From: Nemertoderma westbladi
Lineage: Eukaryota > Animalia > Xenacoelomorpha
Reading direction: 5' to 3'
DNA length: 64,000 nt
Assembly (NCBI GenBank): GCA_032718475.1
Contig: JAUCBJ010002429.1
Span: forward strand, 1 to 64,000
Shown here: piece after piece, positions 41,001 through 52,650 of the stretch
Numbering within the stretch: the first letter of the stretch is position 1
How the letters are laid out: the number at the start of each line of letters is the position of its first letter
The notes under the pieces: model-generated
What the model saw: only the letters and a program-made list of their open reading frames with translations
What the model was told of the DNA's origin: nothing
Database searches by the model: none
Position numbers and translations under genes: made by a program

Positions 41001-41636
41001 ATTTATAAGAAATCGATTATCTACTTCAACCCAAAGCGAGTCGTACGGTACCTTCTTATTTTTTATTTTGATGTCAGGACGTATTTTTTGAGACATGTTG
41101 TCTGGTATATACAATAATACCCCACCTCCTCGTTTCCTCCTGCGATCGCAGCGATGAACGTTGAATCCCGGCAGAGCAATGGAGCGGTTCGAGTGTCTTT
41201 GTTTCAGCCAAGATTCTGTGATACCTATTATTATATTGCTTGAAATACCAGACAAGATATCCTTTAGTTCGTCATAATTTTTTACTAAGCTACGGGTATT
41301 TAAGATCATATATTTCAGATTGTTTTGATTTATAATTAAGTGTTCTCGAATATTATCAGTATTTTTACTATTCCTCCTACGTTCTGACTGTTTATTTAAT
41401 TTAATATTTATTTTTTTTAGGATTGGTCCTGGGTTTAGGTGTATATCTCCACATCTATGAATTAGCTGAGAGATTATTAAAGCATGTATTATAGATATTT
41501 GTATAAGGATAGGAGTTAACAGTGCAATTATGTCTATAATTATATTTGCTTTGGAAGTTAATTTAGAAGTGTTATTTATAGAGCATATTGAGTTATTGTT
41601 AGTGGTAGTTTTATTTTTATTTGGTGATTTATGAGA
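38003..41636 (-). mobile_element. Near full-length ORF2 of a CR1/L2-group LINE (2A-like peptide, APE, RT), one frameshift, AATAAA and (TAT)n tail
   Basis: ORFs 40170-41309 (ILNTRSL, GITESWL, GDFNID, SDH) and 38339-40156 (NYRPIS, QFGF, LDLSKAF, GVPQGTQLGP, YADD, WNSL) join with a 1-nt indel in the 9-nt homopolymer at 40188-40196; frame open upstream through GDIHLNPGP (41424-41450). Confidence 0.93.
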
Positions 41637-43087
41637 TCACCAAAATTAAATAAGAAGACTTGTTTTAATGAGAAAATATTCAAATACAGCTATAAATAAA
41701 ATATTTATAAAATTGTGCTGGTTTAGGGATGCAAATCTCCCTGACTTGCCAAATTTTCAATTAAGATAACTTTTCCTGCAGCCTTTGTTCAACTGAAAAA
41801 AATGTCCAGTCTTAAAGCTCTGCCGCGCCACGACGTCAATGTGATGCAGGAGGGCAGAGGTTGGCTTTTTCATGGTAATGCTGGAAGCCATATAAACCCG
41901 GTTTGAAAGATCAGATACAGATGACAATGTTGGCTTTTTGTCAAACAGAAGTCATATAAACTGGTTTATTTATATTTTTTAAATTATTCTCTAGTGAATC
42001 AATCAGAATACTTATTGAGACATAGTTCTTTAATTTGAATATCATATATCTGATGTTGGATATTTCCCAATAGCCATCAAATGGGCAAGGAAATACTTTC
42101 TCTGGAAATACCGCAGTAATATCTTTTACTTCAGGCTATTTCCACCTTAAGTTAGAGGTTTCATGAAATCTCGAAAGATGGTCAAAATTGAAATTATCCT
42201 AAACTTCTTCATTTTTATCAATACAGTATCCTAGATACCATTTTCTCAAATCCTTCTCTTCCCAAAGACTTATATAGGCCTACATTTCATTTACAGTGAT
42301 GGTATTAGTACAGTCACTGCTGGAAGGGAGAACAAGTAGGATCATTGGTCAATATTCTTATCTGAAAGAAGCACACACAGGTTTTAAAATCTTTCTTTAT
42401 GGCTGATCTTTATTAACTTAAGTAGTTCTGGTCTTGGAAAATTTCTGCCCTACAGTATGTGTGTTTCTATAGTAATTGAGTTCAGTTTTTACAATTTTTT
42501 CTTCAATCAATGGATTTTTGACAATGATGCCAAGCAGCGCTTCAACATAAACTACTGGCTCTCCCCAAAATTTGTATAGTTCCAACAACTTTGTAGTACC
42601 GGTATTTATCTTAAGGGCGGTTGCTTTTTTAGTTTTTTTTAGTATCTGGGATACTGTATTGATAAAAATGAAGAAGGTCAGGATAGTTTCATTATGGACC
42701 ATCTTTCGAGAGTTCATGAAAACTCTAACTTAAGGTGGAAATATCCTGAAGTGAAAGATATTACCACAGTATTTCCTTACCCAATTGATAGCTATTGGGA
42801 AATATCCAACATCAGAAACATGATATTCAAATTAAAGAACTATGTCTCAATAAGTACTCTGATTGATTCACGAGAGAATAATTTAAATAATATAAATAAA
42901 CCAGTTTATATGACTTCTGTTTGACAAAAAGCCAACATTGTCATCTGATGAATTATTTCACTATAAGATAGCATTTGTAGTTTAACTTTAACGTAAAAAC
43001 TTTCGAAAATCCGACGTATTTTGATTGAGTTACAGTAATGTAATATGCCTATTCATATTTGTACACATAAAACCCTTAGGTACTCTC

Positions 43088-43170
43088 GTGGCGTAGTGGT
43101 CAGATGGTTAAGGCGTTGGTTACATTACATAGGTTACGAGTTCGAATCCCAGTCGGGAAATTTGTATTTT
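43088..43170 (+). promoter_or_regulatory. tRNA-like Pol III A/B-box cassette inside the LTR (second copy 59447-59529)
   Basis: A box TGGCGTAGTGG (43089-43099), D-arm-like GTCAGATGGTTAAGGCG, B box GAGTTCGAATCC (43138-43149), T-run at 43167-43170; anticodon and acceptor stems do not pair. Confidence 0.6.
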
Positions 43171-43199
43171 GGGGCCATTTATTTTCGTTTGGTGCTAAT

Positions 43200-43480
43200 T
43201 GGTAGGCCAATGAGAAGCGTACAACGTAGCGGATGATGAGCCAGGCCAATCATAGGGCATAAATTATCTTATTGCTCAAATGTGAGGCAGTGGAAAATTC
43301 TGTTAGGATTCCATGTCCCAGATTAGTGTAAGGGCCGGACTGCGTTGAACGATGAGCTGGGCCAATCATAGGGCACGAAGCACTTTATTGCTCAAATGTG
43401 AAGCTGTGGAAAATTCTGTTTAGTTTCCATGTGCGATATTTAGTATAAAAGGCCGGTTTGACTTCTTATCACTTCTTATC
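43200..43480 (+). promoter_or_regulatory. Putative LTR Pol II promoter: three GGCCAAT boxes, ~115-bp tandem duplication, TATAAAA and Inr-like TCACTT
   Basis: TATAAAA at 43444; ATCACTT with A at 43471 (27 nt downstream); duplicated block ~43235-43350 / ~43351-43456. Confidence 0.55.
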
Positions 43481-46169
43481 ACCTTATAACCCCTTATAAC
43501 GTTATTCAAAATTGTTATTAGTTTATTTTCGGTTTCTTGTTGAAACTTTATTTGATAAATCCTTTGTAAAACTGTAAATAGACTGCAAATTCCTGAACAT
43601 GTTTTCTTTTGGTCCAACTTTGGGACAGCCAAACATCAGGGAGATGGCAGCCTAGACCGTTAGGCCGTAAGCAATGCAGGGAAGAGATGTCCACAACACG
43701 CTAGCGCCCACATTGGGTCGACCGCGCACCCCCTTTGCCCCTTCGAAATACTCCACTTGCCATGCAGCGCCCGCTTTGTGAGAAGGTAAGACTTTGTTCG
43801 ACGCCCTTGCCCGCCGTAAGACCTATAGATCAGGGTAAGCGTGACGCCGTACTGGACGCCGCAAATTTAGGATCAAATAATTATATTCAGACAGAAACAC
43901 CCCCCCTTTGTCATGTCCTACGAACCCCTGGGTTAACCTGTACTTCCTACAGGTGCGAACTATTGCCATTCGTCAGTACGCGAGTACATATTAGGTACGG
44001 ACAGCATATGTTCCATAATTTAGTGATTCGTAGCACTGACTGTTTGGTACCGGTTCGCTTTGTAGAACGTACATTAGTACCCCCCCCCCCCCCTGTCTGG
44101 AGTTAGCTATTTGATCAGGCAAGGAGCATTTCTGCTACCGGCACACTGCTTGGCCTAGGGAGGTTTATTAATATCCTACCGCGCCTTGCCACGTACTGAT
44201 AGGTATTGCTGCTAACTACCGCAGCAACAAAGTTCTAGAATTAAATTAGTATACCAGATCAGCTAACGTACGGTAGCAATAAACCCCTATTCTTATCTTA
44301 CAACCAGAATCTGGTATTAGTGCCGATCACGGGTGTAGTTACTAACACCGTGGTTGCCCATTGGGTTGTGGATAGGAAGGAGAGAGCTTTGACGTCATTT
44401 GTGAGTATAAAGTTCTACAAAACGCGACTAGTTTATTTTAGTAGCTAGCGCACGGTATCATTTAGTCAGAAAATCACTAAAACCTAGTAAAGGAATTACA
44501 CGAAATTGTTTTATTTGTAACACACCCACACACACATGCCCTAAAACAAATTGCCCTTAAAGTTCTACTAGCTATAGCGCACTATACATTACTTTAGGTG
44601 GAAATTATCTGTATTTGTAAAATTAGGATCTGATTTAGTTGCGGCAAGAGAGAGTATTTCATTTTCGTTATTAAACTGTTGTTTTCTGTCCAGCAGTTAT
44701 TGTTACATTTAGGCCTGACCCTTTAGACTGATTTCGTACAGGGGGATCAGTTATCGTTACATTTAGGCACGACTTTAGGCTGATTTAGACAGGGGTAATC
44801 AGCATTGTTACACTAGGTCTGTTAACCACCTAGTTCGTATATAAACCATATAAATCACACCGCGGCAAGTTACTGTATTTATGACTGTCAGTGATAGTTA
44901 GGATTCGCTGCGCAGGGATTGTTTTCCCGTGAGTTTGGTCTGTTACTGTAACTGTACATCTGCCTCACCTGTTAGAGGACAGGTATCCTTCTGTCTAGTA
45001 CGTAGGCATTAGACCCGCTCACGTACATAAAATAGATACTAGGCTCTGTTCCTCGCCAGTAGTCGTTTGTGTATTGTATCTGTTTGTTTAGATATCCTGG
45101 ACTGGGATTTGTTGTCAGATACTGTACGAGCCCGTATACATTACTAGAGTCTCATAGTAAGATACATCGTTACTAGGATCTGGTAAGCGGTATACTACTG
45201 GACCCTTACAGTAGGAAGTATTTATATAAATTAGTATATAGTATTTCCGCCGTAGCATACAGTATAGTTTAGAACTGTTAGCTATTGAAAGTAGGAGATA
45301 TTTAAAATTTAAGGTTAGTAAATTTAGTAATTTAGAACGTCCCCTGCTTCAGTAGGCTTTTAGGGTAGCTAGTACTTTCGTATTTAATATTTGACTAGCT
45401 AACAGTTAGTTTGTAGCACTTTGTTTTACGCCGTGTGTGTGCGGTGTTACTTTTCGGTACTTGAAAAGGTTCATAGGGTTTAAAGACCAATTTGTATCGG
45501 TACCTAGGAAGATTTTTCGTAAGCGTAGAAGTAAAACTCTCACCTTCGACCTTTTCAGGACTCAAAGACTCATTTCTGGACCGCTTCGAGGATTAGACCG
45601 CTTTTCGCAAAGTTTGGGCGACAATAAATTCGTCCGCGCCGCCGAAAAACGGAAAGACCCACGTCCGGTTTGTATTTGGGAATTTGTACGACTGGAAGAT
45701 CAAAGGAACGTAAGTTTTACGACTCGCGTCGTTCAAACTTAAGAAAGCACAGTAGTACTCAAAATTTGTGGGTTTCACTGTCTATTAGTAGTGTTGTTGG
45801 TACGTATTTTCCCGTTAGACGTTGCTGTTTGGCCTATTGTTTGTACTTGTTGATCTATATTTTGTTAACGTATACCGTTATCTCATTTATTCGTACAAAT
45901 TTAGCCGGTAGGCTAGATTACTACTTATTTTATTATATACCTTGTTAGTTTTATTTGTACCGGTTAGGGTATATATATGATATATATATATATCAAGGTA
46001 AGTTTGACATTTGTACATTTCGACATTTTGACATTTCGACATTCTGACTTGTTGATTTATTTGTACCGGTTAGGGTATATATGTACTATATATACCAAGG
46101 TAAGTTTGACACTTCAACATTCAGACACTTTGACATTTTATTACCCGTACTTGACGTATATAATAAGAC

Positions 46170-49100
46170 ATGAGTGACACACCCCATTCGACGAGATACC
46201 CACCTACCGACTATGACTTGTGCGACCCGTACAGATCGACAGTAGACGAACCAAGAAGGAGAACCCGAGATTCCACCGATGTCACACCGCTTGCGTCGCC
46301 GGTACCCCGAACGGAAATACCGGAAGCCGCAACGCGTGGCGACGGCAGAATCGAAGATTTCCTTACCGTCCCGCAGACTAGATCACGGGAACCGGACATG
46401 GTAAGTTCGACTGGAAGCCAGGAGAACGTTATTAGAAGTATAGGAGGACACATGGCCCAGATTACTCGGAACCTCGGAGAAGGTTTTCGCGTTTTACGCG
46501 AGTTAACCGCCCCGATGTCGAGATACGAGTTCTACACCTTACAGGTAAGGATAGAAAGTAGGGTACATGCCTCCGTAGATAAACTTAAAGGTTTGCACGA
46601 ACTTGCAGAGTTGCGTGGCGACAACTTTACTCAGGTAAAGATAGTAGATAAATTAGTAAGTGCGAGAGAAAGCATTATCCAGTTTAAGTCAGTAATAAGA
46701 TTGGCTCAAAAGGAGCAGTTTGACCAACTGCTAGGTGAGTCAGTTTCGGACGCGTTGTTACAACCCGAAGAGGAAGAAGAACTCTACTGCCTGGACGGAA
46801 GGTTGGAAACGCTGACCAATTTTCTTCGTAGATGCGGCGTACCGATCGACGAACCGGAAGTCGAACCGCGAGGGACGACGGAAGTTCTCACTACGGAAGG
46901 CTCGCGAGCCTACCAACATCCACCACTGGATAGATCGTTCGTTAGCGTACGGAGCGACGTTGGCAACGTTGGCGACGTTAGTAGAACAGCGTCTGGAATT
47001 ACTCGACAACAACAGGAGGTTGCACGCCGACAACAAGTCGCTGAGGAAGAAGCGCAACACCAGATGGCACAGATCGCCATCGAAGGAGAGAAACAACATA
47101 GAGAGGACGAGGCAAGAATTGCGCAACTCAAGGCGCAAGCCGAATTTGAAGCTTCGGAAATGCGCAGACTAGAGGAAAACTTAGCGCAAGAAGCGGCCGC
47201 GGCAGCAGCAGCGGATGAGTTAGCATGACAGACGGCAGCCGACGAGTTAGCACGGAAGAAAGCAGCATCCGACGCTCGCGCTAAGTTGGAGGCGCGACAA
47301 ATAAACGCACGTTTAGCTATACAGGAAGCGGAGTTAGCGGCACAACAACAAGTAGCGGATCGACGCGAAAGGGAGATGCAACTACAGTTCGAATTGAATC
47401 GTAGATCGCGCGAGACAGCGAACGCGCAAGCGGACCTCGAACTCGACGCGAGAGATAGATCTATAAGATCGCGAACTGGACACGACTTGTCTGCCCTGGA
47501 TCGTATGGAAGCTCGATATCGCGGAATACAGAAGCGGATCGAGGAAGGAAGTGTGGGAGCGATAGATCGAGGAGAGGAGTTCGTCGAGGATTACTGTAAA
47601 CGTTTTCCCCAAGTTATTCCTATGCTCAAACCCACGACTCCGATAAAACCGGTCTTCATTACGAAACCTAAGGAAATAACGCCTGTGCGTTCGACGCAAA
47701 GCAACAGGTTTGTTGTGACAGAAATACCGCAACCTAGGGCGACTTCATCGCCAATTTTAGCAGGTAACGTAACTAGTCCACCTACAGTAAGTCGTAGTCT
47801 ACTTGTAGGAAGAGAGGAACCTGCGTTTATGACCATTAAACAGGTGAGTAAACCATTACAAGTTAAACCTGTGACGTGCTGTGCAAATCCAGTTATTTAC
47901 AGACCGACTACGAAACCCGACTATTTCACTCGACCGTTGACACAATGTTCGACGCAACCTACGACTTCATGGAAGGCTTGCGAGCCTACCGAACTACGGA
48001 GGAGGATGGATGTGGGTAGTACCCACGGGATCGGACAACGTATAGCGAAACCTACGACTTCGTGGAAGGCTTGCGAGCCTACCGAACAACGGAGAGCCGT
48101 AGATTCCAGACCACAACGGACGAGACCAAGAATAATACGCCGGACACGAACCCGCCAACCACCTTATCCGGACGACGGCGATTCATCCAGTGACTCGGAG
48201 TCGACGGAACGGGAAATATTCCGTACTGGAGCGGCGGAAGATTATAAACGAGAGGAACGATCGACGAACCCCTATATCGACAATCCTCCACGAGAAACAC
48301 CCCAACAGAAACCCACGTTGCAACCAGCGGAAGCGATTAGCACCAACAGACTCGCCGAAATAATGCGACCTGTAGCGGACCGACTAGCTCAGATAGAAGA
48401 GCGACTCGAAGCGCAACCGTCGGATCGATCACGAACCAGCGTGGAGTTGGAACAACCTAGACAACATCGGCCACCGAGGAGAGAACAGGAGACTAGACGG
48501 ACTCCGACACATCGAGAAGAAGATCCCGTTAATAATTCCTACCGACGAACAACGCGCGGAAGGGAATGACTGGACGACGCCGCCGAACAGGGACGCGGAC
48601 AGTTGGATTTAGTTAGCGAGATTGCGAAATTCGCGGCTAGACACGGATTACCGGCACAGCAACCGCCGAAGTTGTCTGGCAACGCGAAACACTGGCGCAC
48701 ACTGGTAGACTACGTAGAGTCCCAGATCGCTAAGTGTGCTTTCACCTCGACGGAGAAGTTTAATTACTTGCTCCAAGTCCTGTCTGGTGAGCCGAAACGA
48801 TTAGCGGAAACCTTTATTGGTGTTCCCGATGCCTTTGAGTTGGCATACGACCGTTTGTATTCAATTTACGGCGGTAATGTCGCCATGGCTAAATCCATCA
48901 TTGAAGACCTCTGCAGAGGAGGCAACATTTCGAGACCGATCGACCTTTTACGACTCGCGGACGAAATAAAGAACGCTATAGGGACTTTACGGTCCATTGG
49001 ACAACTCGAGTACGCTAACGCACCGACGGTTCTCATTCGAATAATCGGTCGACTTCACCATCGACTACGAAGAGAATGGCGACGCATCGAGTACCAGCGC

Positions 49101-49439
49101 GAAGAGGCCGGAGGGTTATTAAAACTCACCGATGTCTATCAACTTATTTCACGGGAGGCCATGATCGAGACTCGATCGAACTATACCGATCACCATATCG
49201 CGGCGGAAGGGATAGCTGTTTCTGCGCCGACTCGGACAAAACCGTTTCCGACGAACGCGAAAGCCGTTACTTACGCCACCCCTACTGAGACTTCTAAAGT
49301 TCTGACGCCTATCGGCACCACGCAGCCACGACAACAGTTGCCGGCGGACTTTGTGGGATGCTCATACTGCGAGCGGAACGGCAGAAACCATAGCGGACAT
49401 AAACTACGTGGATGTCGCGCTTATAGGTTGGTATACTAG
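46170..49439 (+). pseudogene. gag: BEL/Pao gag (long coiled-coil N-terminus, DUF1759-like core, one Cys/His knuckle) with in-frame TGA stops ending at 47228 and 48569
   Basis: Three consecutive same-frame ORFs; LSGNAKHW...EKFNYLLQVLSGEPK...AYDRLYSIYG core; CSYC...H...C. Confidence 0.85.
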
Positions 49440-52400
49440 AGCACCAATACGTTCACTAGAGGTAAGTGACCAGGAGGACGACGTTTTGAGTACGTGTAGT
49501 TTATTGACTAACACGATAGATAATTCTCCTTCACACTCCTGTGGTCCAATTGTACGGACGGCATTACGACAGACTTGCGTCACTAACGCAGACGCCACCG
49601 ATACTGACGTAACCGATCTGGACACGACCATACGGACCTCTGACTTACAACTACTTGCAGTAGACCAGGTTGTATTGACTACTGAAGACCAAAGGGTTGT
49701 TGCCGTGGATGACTCGATGAACGAGGATTTTGGAAGGCTTGCGAGCCTACCGAAAAATCTGAAGGTCATTGACCCCACCCACCAGGCTTCGACACCGGTC
49801 GTTGATCTTGGAAGGCTTGCGAGCCTACGGACAGGTCAAGAAGTTGTCAAACCGCCGCACGACGATTCGACGCCGACTAGTGACACCGGAAGGCTTGCGA
49901 GCCTACCAGACGCATTGACACTAGCCACTGCAGCGGACGAAGACGTGGACGAGGACCATGGCGCAGTGCAAGCAGCGCTTGACCGACTGCTGACTGAACG
50001 GACCATACAATGGTTGGAACAGGACTCAGCAGAACCCGGTAGTTACGAGACCGCTATGTCAGAACAGGAAAAACGGTCATTAAATATTATGAGAGATACC
50101 ATTCGCCAGACCGCGAATGGCCACTATGAGGTTGGTATGTTGTGGCGCGATGGACAACCTAAGCTCGTTAACAATTACCCGCTTGCTTTGAGGCGACTCA
50201 AATCAATAAGGCAGCGATTGTTGCGAGACGAGATGGCCCATATGCAATACAATGCACAACTTCAGACGTATCTCCAAAAGGGATACGCCATTAGGATGTT
50301 AAATCCCGAGGTAACCACAGACCAGACATATTACCTGCCACATCATTTTGTTTGACACCCGGACAAACCTGGCAAGGTGCGTGTAGTCAACGACTGCGCT
50401 GCGCTTTACCAAGGGATGTCTATGAACAGCGAACTGATGGACGGGCCGAATATGAATAATTACCTCATGGGAGTCCTAATGCGTTTTAGACAACGCAAAG
50501 TGGCTTTCACCTGTGACGTAGAGGCCATGTTTCACCAGGTTAAGGCTTTGGAGCGGGACAGGGACAGTTTGAGGTTTCTTTGGTATCCGGACGGAAACTT
50601 ACAACTTCCGCCAGAAACTTACCAAATGCAGGTAAGAGTATTTGGAGCCAGGGACAGCCCCAACTGCACCATGTACGCATTGAAGCAGACAGCATTGGAC
50701 AGACGAGACCAATTTGACCCAGAAGTAGTTCGGACCGTGGAACGAGACTTCTACGTGGATGACGGCCTCAAGAGTTGTGACACCTTGGAGCGCGCTACAA
50801 CCGTAGCACACCAACTCCAGGATTGTCTCGCTGAGGGCGGATTTCACCTGACGAAGTTCGCTTCCAATGAACCCGAACTGGTGAACTCATTTGACCCGAC
50901 GGATCGTAGCGGAGGTGACTTAGACTTAGACCTAGAGCCTCTGCCGACGACCAAAGTATTAGGACTTAGTTGGGACCCTAACACCGACAATTTTAGGGTA
51001 CGTGTAAGGTCCAACGACCAGACTAGACCTCTCACTAAGAGAACTTGCTTATCGACCATGAGTCGATTGTATGACCCATTGTGTTTCATTAGTCCAGTGA
51101 TCCTACATGCTAGGATCATACTCCGCAGCATTTGGCAAGCCGGACTGGAATGGGACGATCCCATCCCAGAAAAGTTAGCTGAGCGATGGAGGGACTGGGA
51201 AGCCCAACTGACGTTCCTACAAGATTATACCATACCAAGGGTATACTTTCCTTTGCAAACCACCTTTCCTGCCGATTTAGAGCTTCACAGCTTTAGTGAC
51301 GCTAGCAAGGACGGATTGGGGGTTACCTTAAACCTTAGACGACAAGTGACATCGGACAGCTACGATGTATCTCTCGTTACTTCAAGGGCTAGAACAATGC
51401 CATTGAAGTATATGACTGTACCTCGTGGGGAGCTGCAAGCCGGGACGATATCCACCGATATTGTCAGTCTAGTTCAACGCGAGCTGGAGGCTAACTTGAA
51501 GGTCACATATTGGACGGATGCGACGTTGGTACTTTGGTACATAAACAACGAAACATTTGAGTTCAAGACTTTCGTAGCCAACAGACGGGCTGAAATACTA
51601 GACCGGTCGCTCAAACAAGATTGGCGTCACTGTCCAGGGAAGCTGAACCCAGCTGACATCGCGTCACGGGGGATGCAACCGCTTGACTTTTGTAAACCGG
51701 ACAATAAATCCTTTTGGTTTAGAGGACCCGATTTCCTACAGCGACCATCAGACGAATGGCCACCGTTATTCGACGCGACAACCAACACCATACCAGAGGG
51801 CGCCGAGATAAAACTCGACAAGGTTGTCAAGTCTAAAGCGAAAGCCAACGCCAAGGTCAAGAGGAAAAAAGGACGGACGAAATCTGATGACCTGGACGCC
51901 AGACCTGACATTACGCCAGACGTCTCGCCAGACACTCGACCAGACGCTTGTACGAATCCTTCGCCGGATGTTCCGCGGGAGATTACACCAGACGTTTCGC
52001 CGGATTGTTCACCAGATTACTCGCCAGATTATTCACCAGAAGCGACACCAGATTGTTCTCCGGATTGTACGCCAGATTGTTTGATGGAACTCTCGACAGA
52101 ATGTCTACCGGACGTCTCACCAGACTTTCCACCAGACATCTCGACAGACTGTCCACCAGACTTTGAACCAGACTTTCTGACAGAAGTTACGCTAGACAGA
52201 CTTTGGGACCGACGACAGGACATTTCGCCGGATGTTCCGCGCTATGTCTCACCAGACGTCTCACCAGACTGTTCACCAGACGCTTCACCAGACTGTCTAC
52301 TAGACACTCCATTAGAAGACCCATTAGAGCGGACTTTTAGAAACTTACCAAATTTGACTTCTTTGGACGACAAAGGTGTGGCCACAGGGATTACACTCCG

Positions 52401-52650
52401 CTCGAAGAAGGTACTTGACTTACCTACAGGTAAAGTGGTGACTAAGGTTAGGAAGCTTACAGGCTCACAGGAACACACTGACACTGTAGAGTTGAAACCA
52501 TTACTGCCAGTCGACACATTAGGTGCGGACGGCAAAGGTAAGACCGTAGAGATTGACGTACTTGGGGACTTAGACAAACCTACCGGGAAGGCCCGTGGGC
52601 CTACCAAGTCCAGACAAGTATACACACTACGACTACACCTTACCCGATGA
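49420..52650 (+). pseudogene. pol: BEL/Pao pol: RT and RNase H, in-frame stop ending at 50355, protease core apparently deleted
   Basis: GHYEVGMLWR, YYLPHHFV*HPDKPGKVRVVNDCAA, DVEAMFHQV, FGARDSP, FYVDD, KVLGLSWD, LYDPL, LHSFSDAS, YWTDAT, FVANR, NPADIASRG. Confidence 0.93.

Larger units (their letters stand above)
42946..45210 (+). repeat. 5' LTR, 2265 bp
   Basis: TGATGAATT...CCCTTACA; same length as the 3' LTR with about 15 substitutions counted by eye. Confidence 0.97.

Noticed and set aside
43088-43160. Functional tRNA gene
   Set aside because: Only A/B boxes and the D-arm fit; anticodon and acceptor stems do not pair
43045-44106. Short ORFs in the LTR (63, 70 and 123 aa; repeated at 59404-60465)
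   Set aside because: No recognisable motifs; they recur only because the LTR is duplicated
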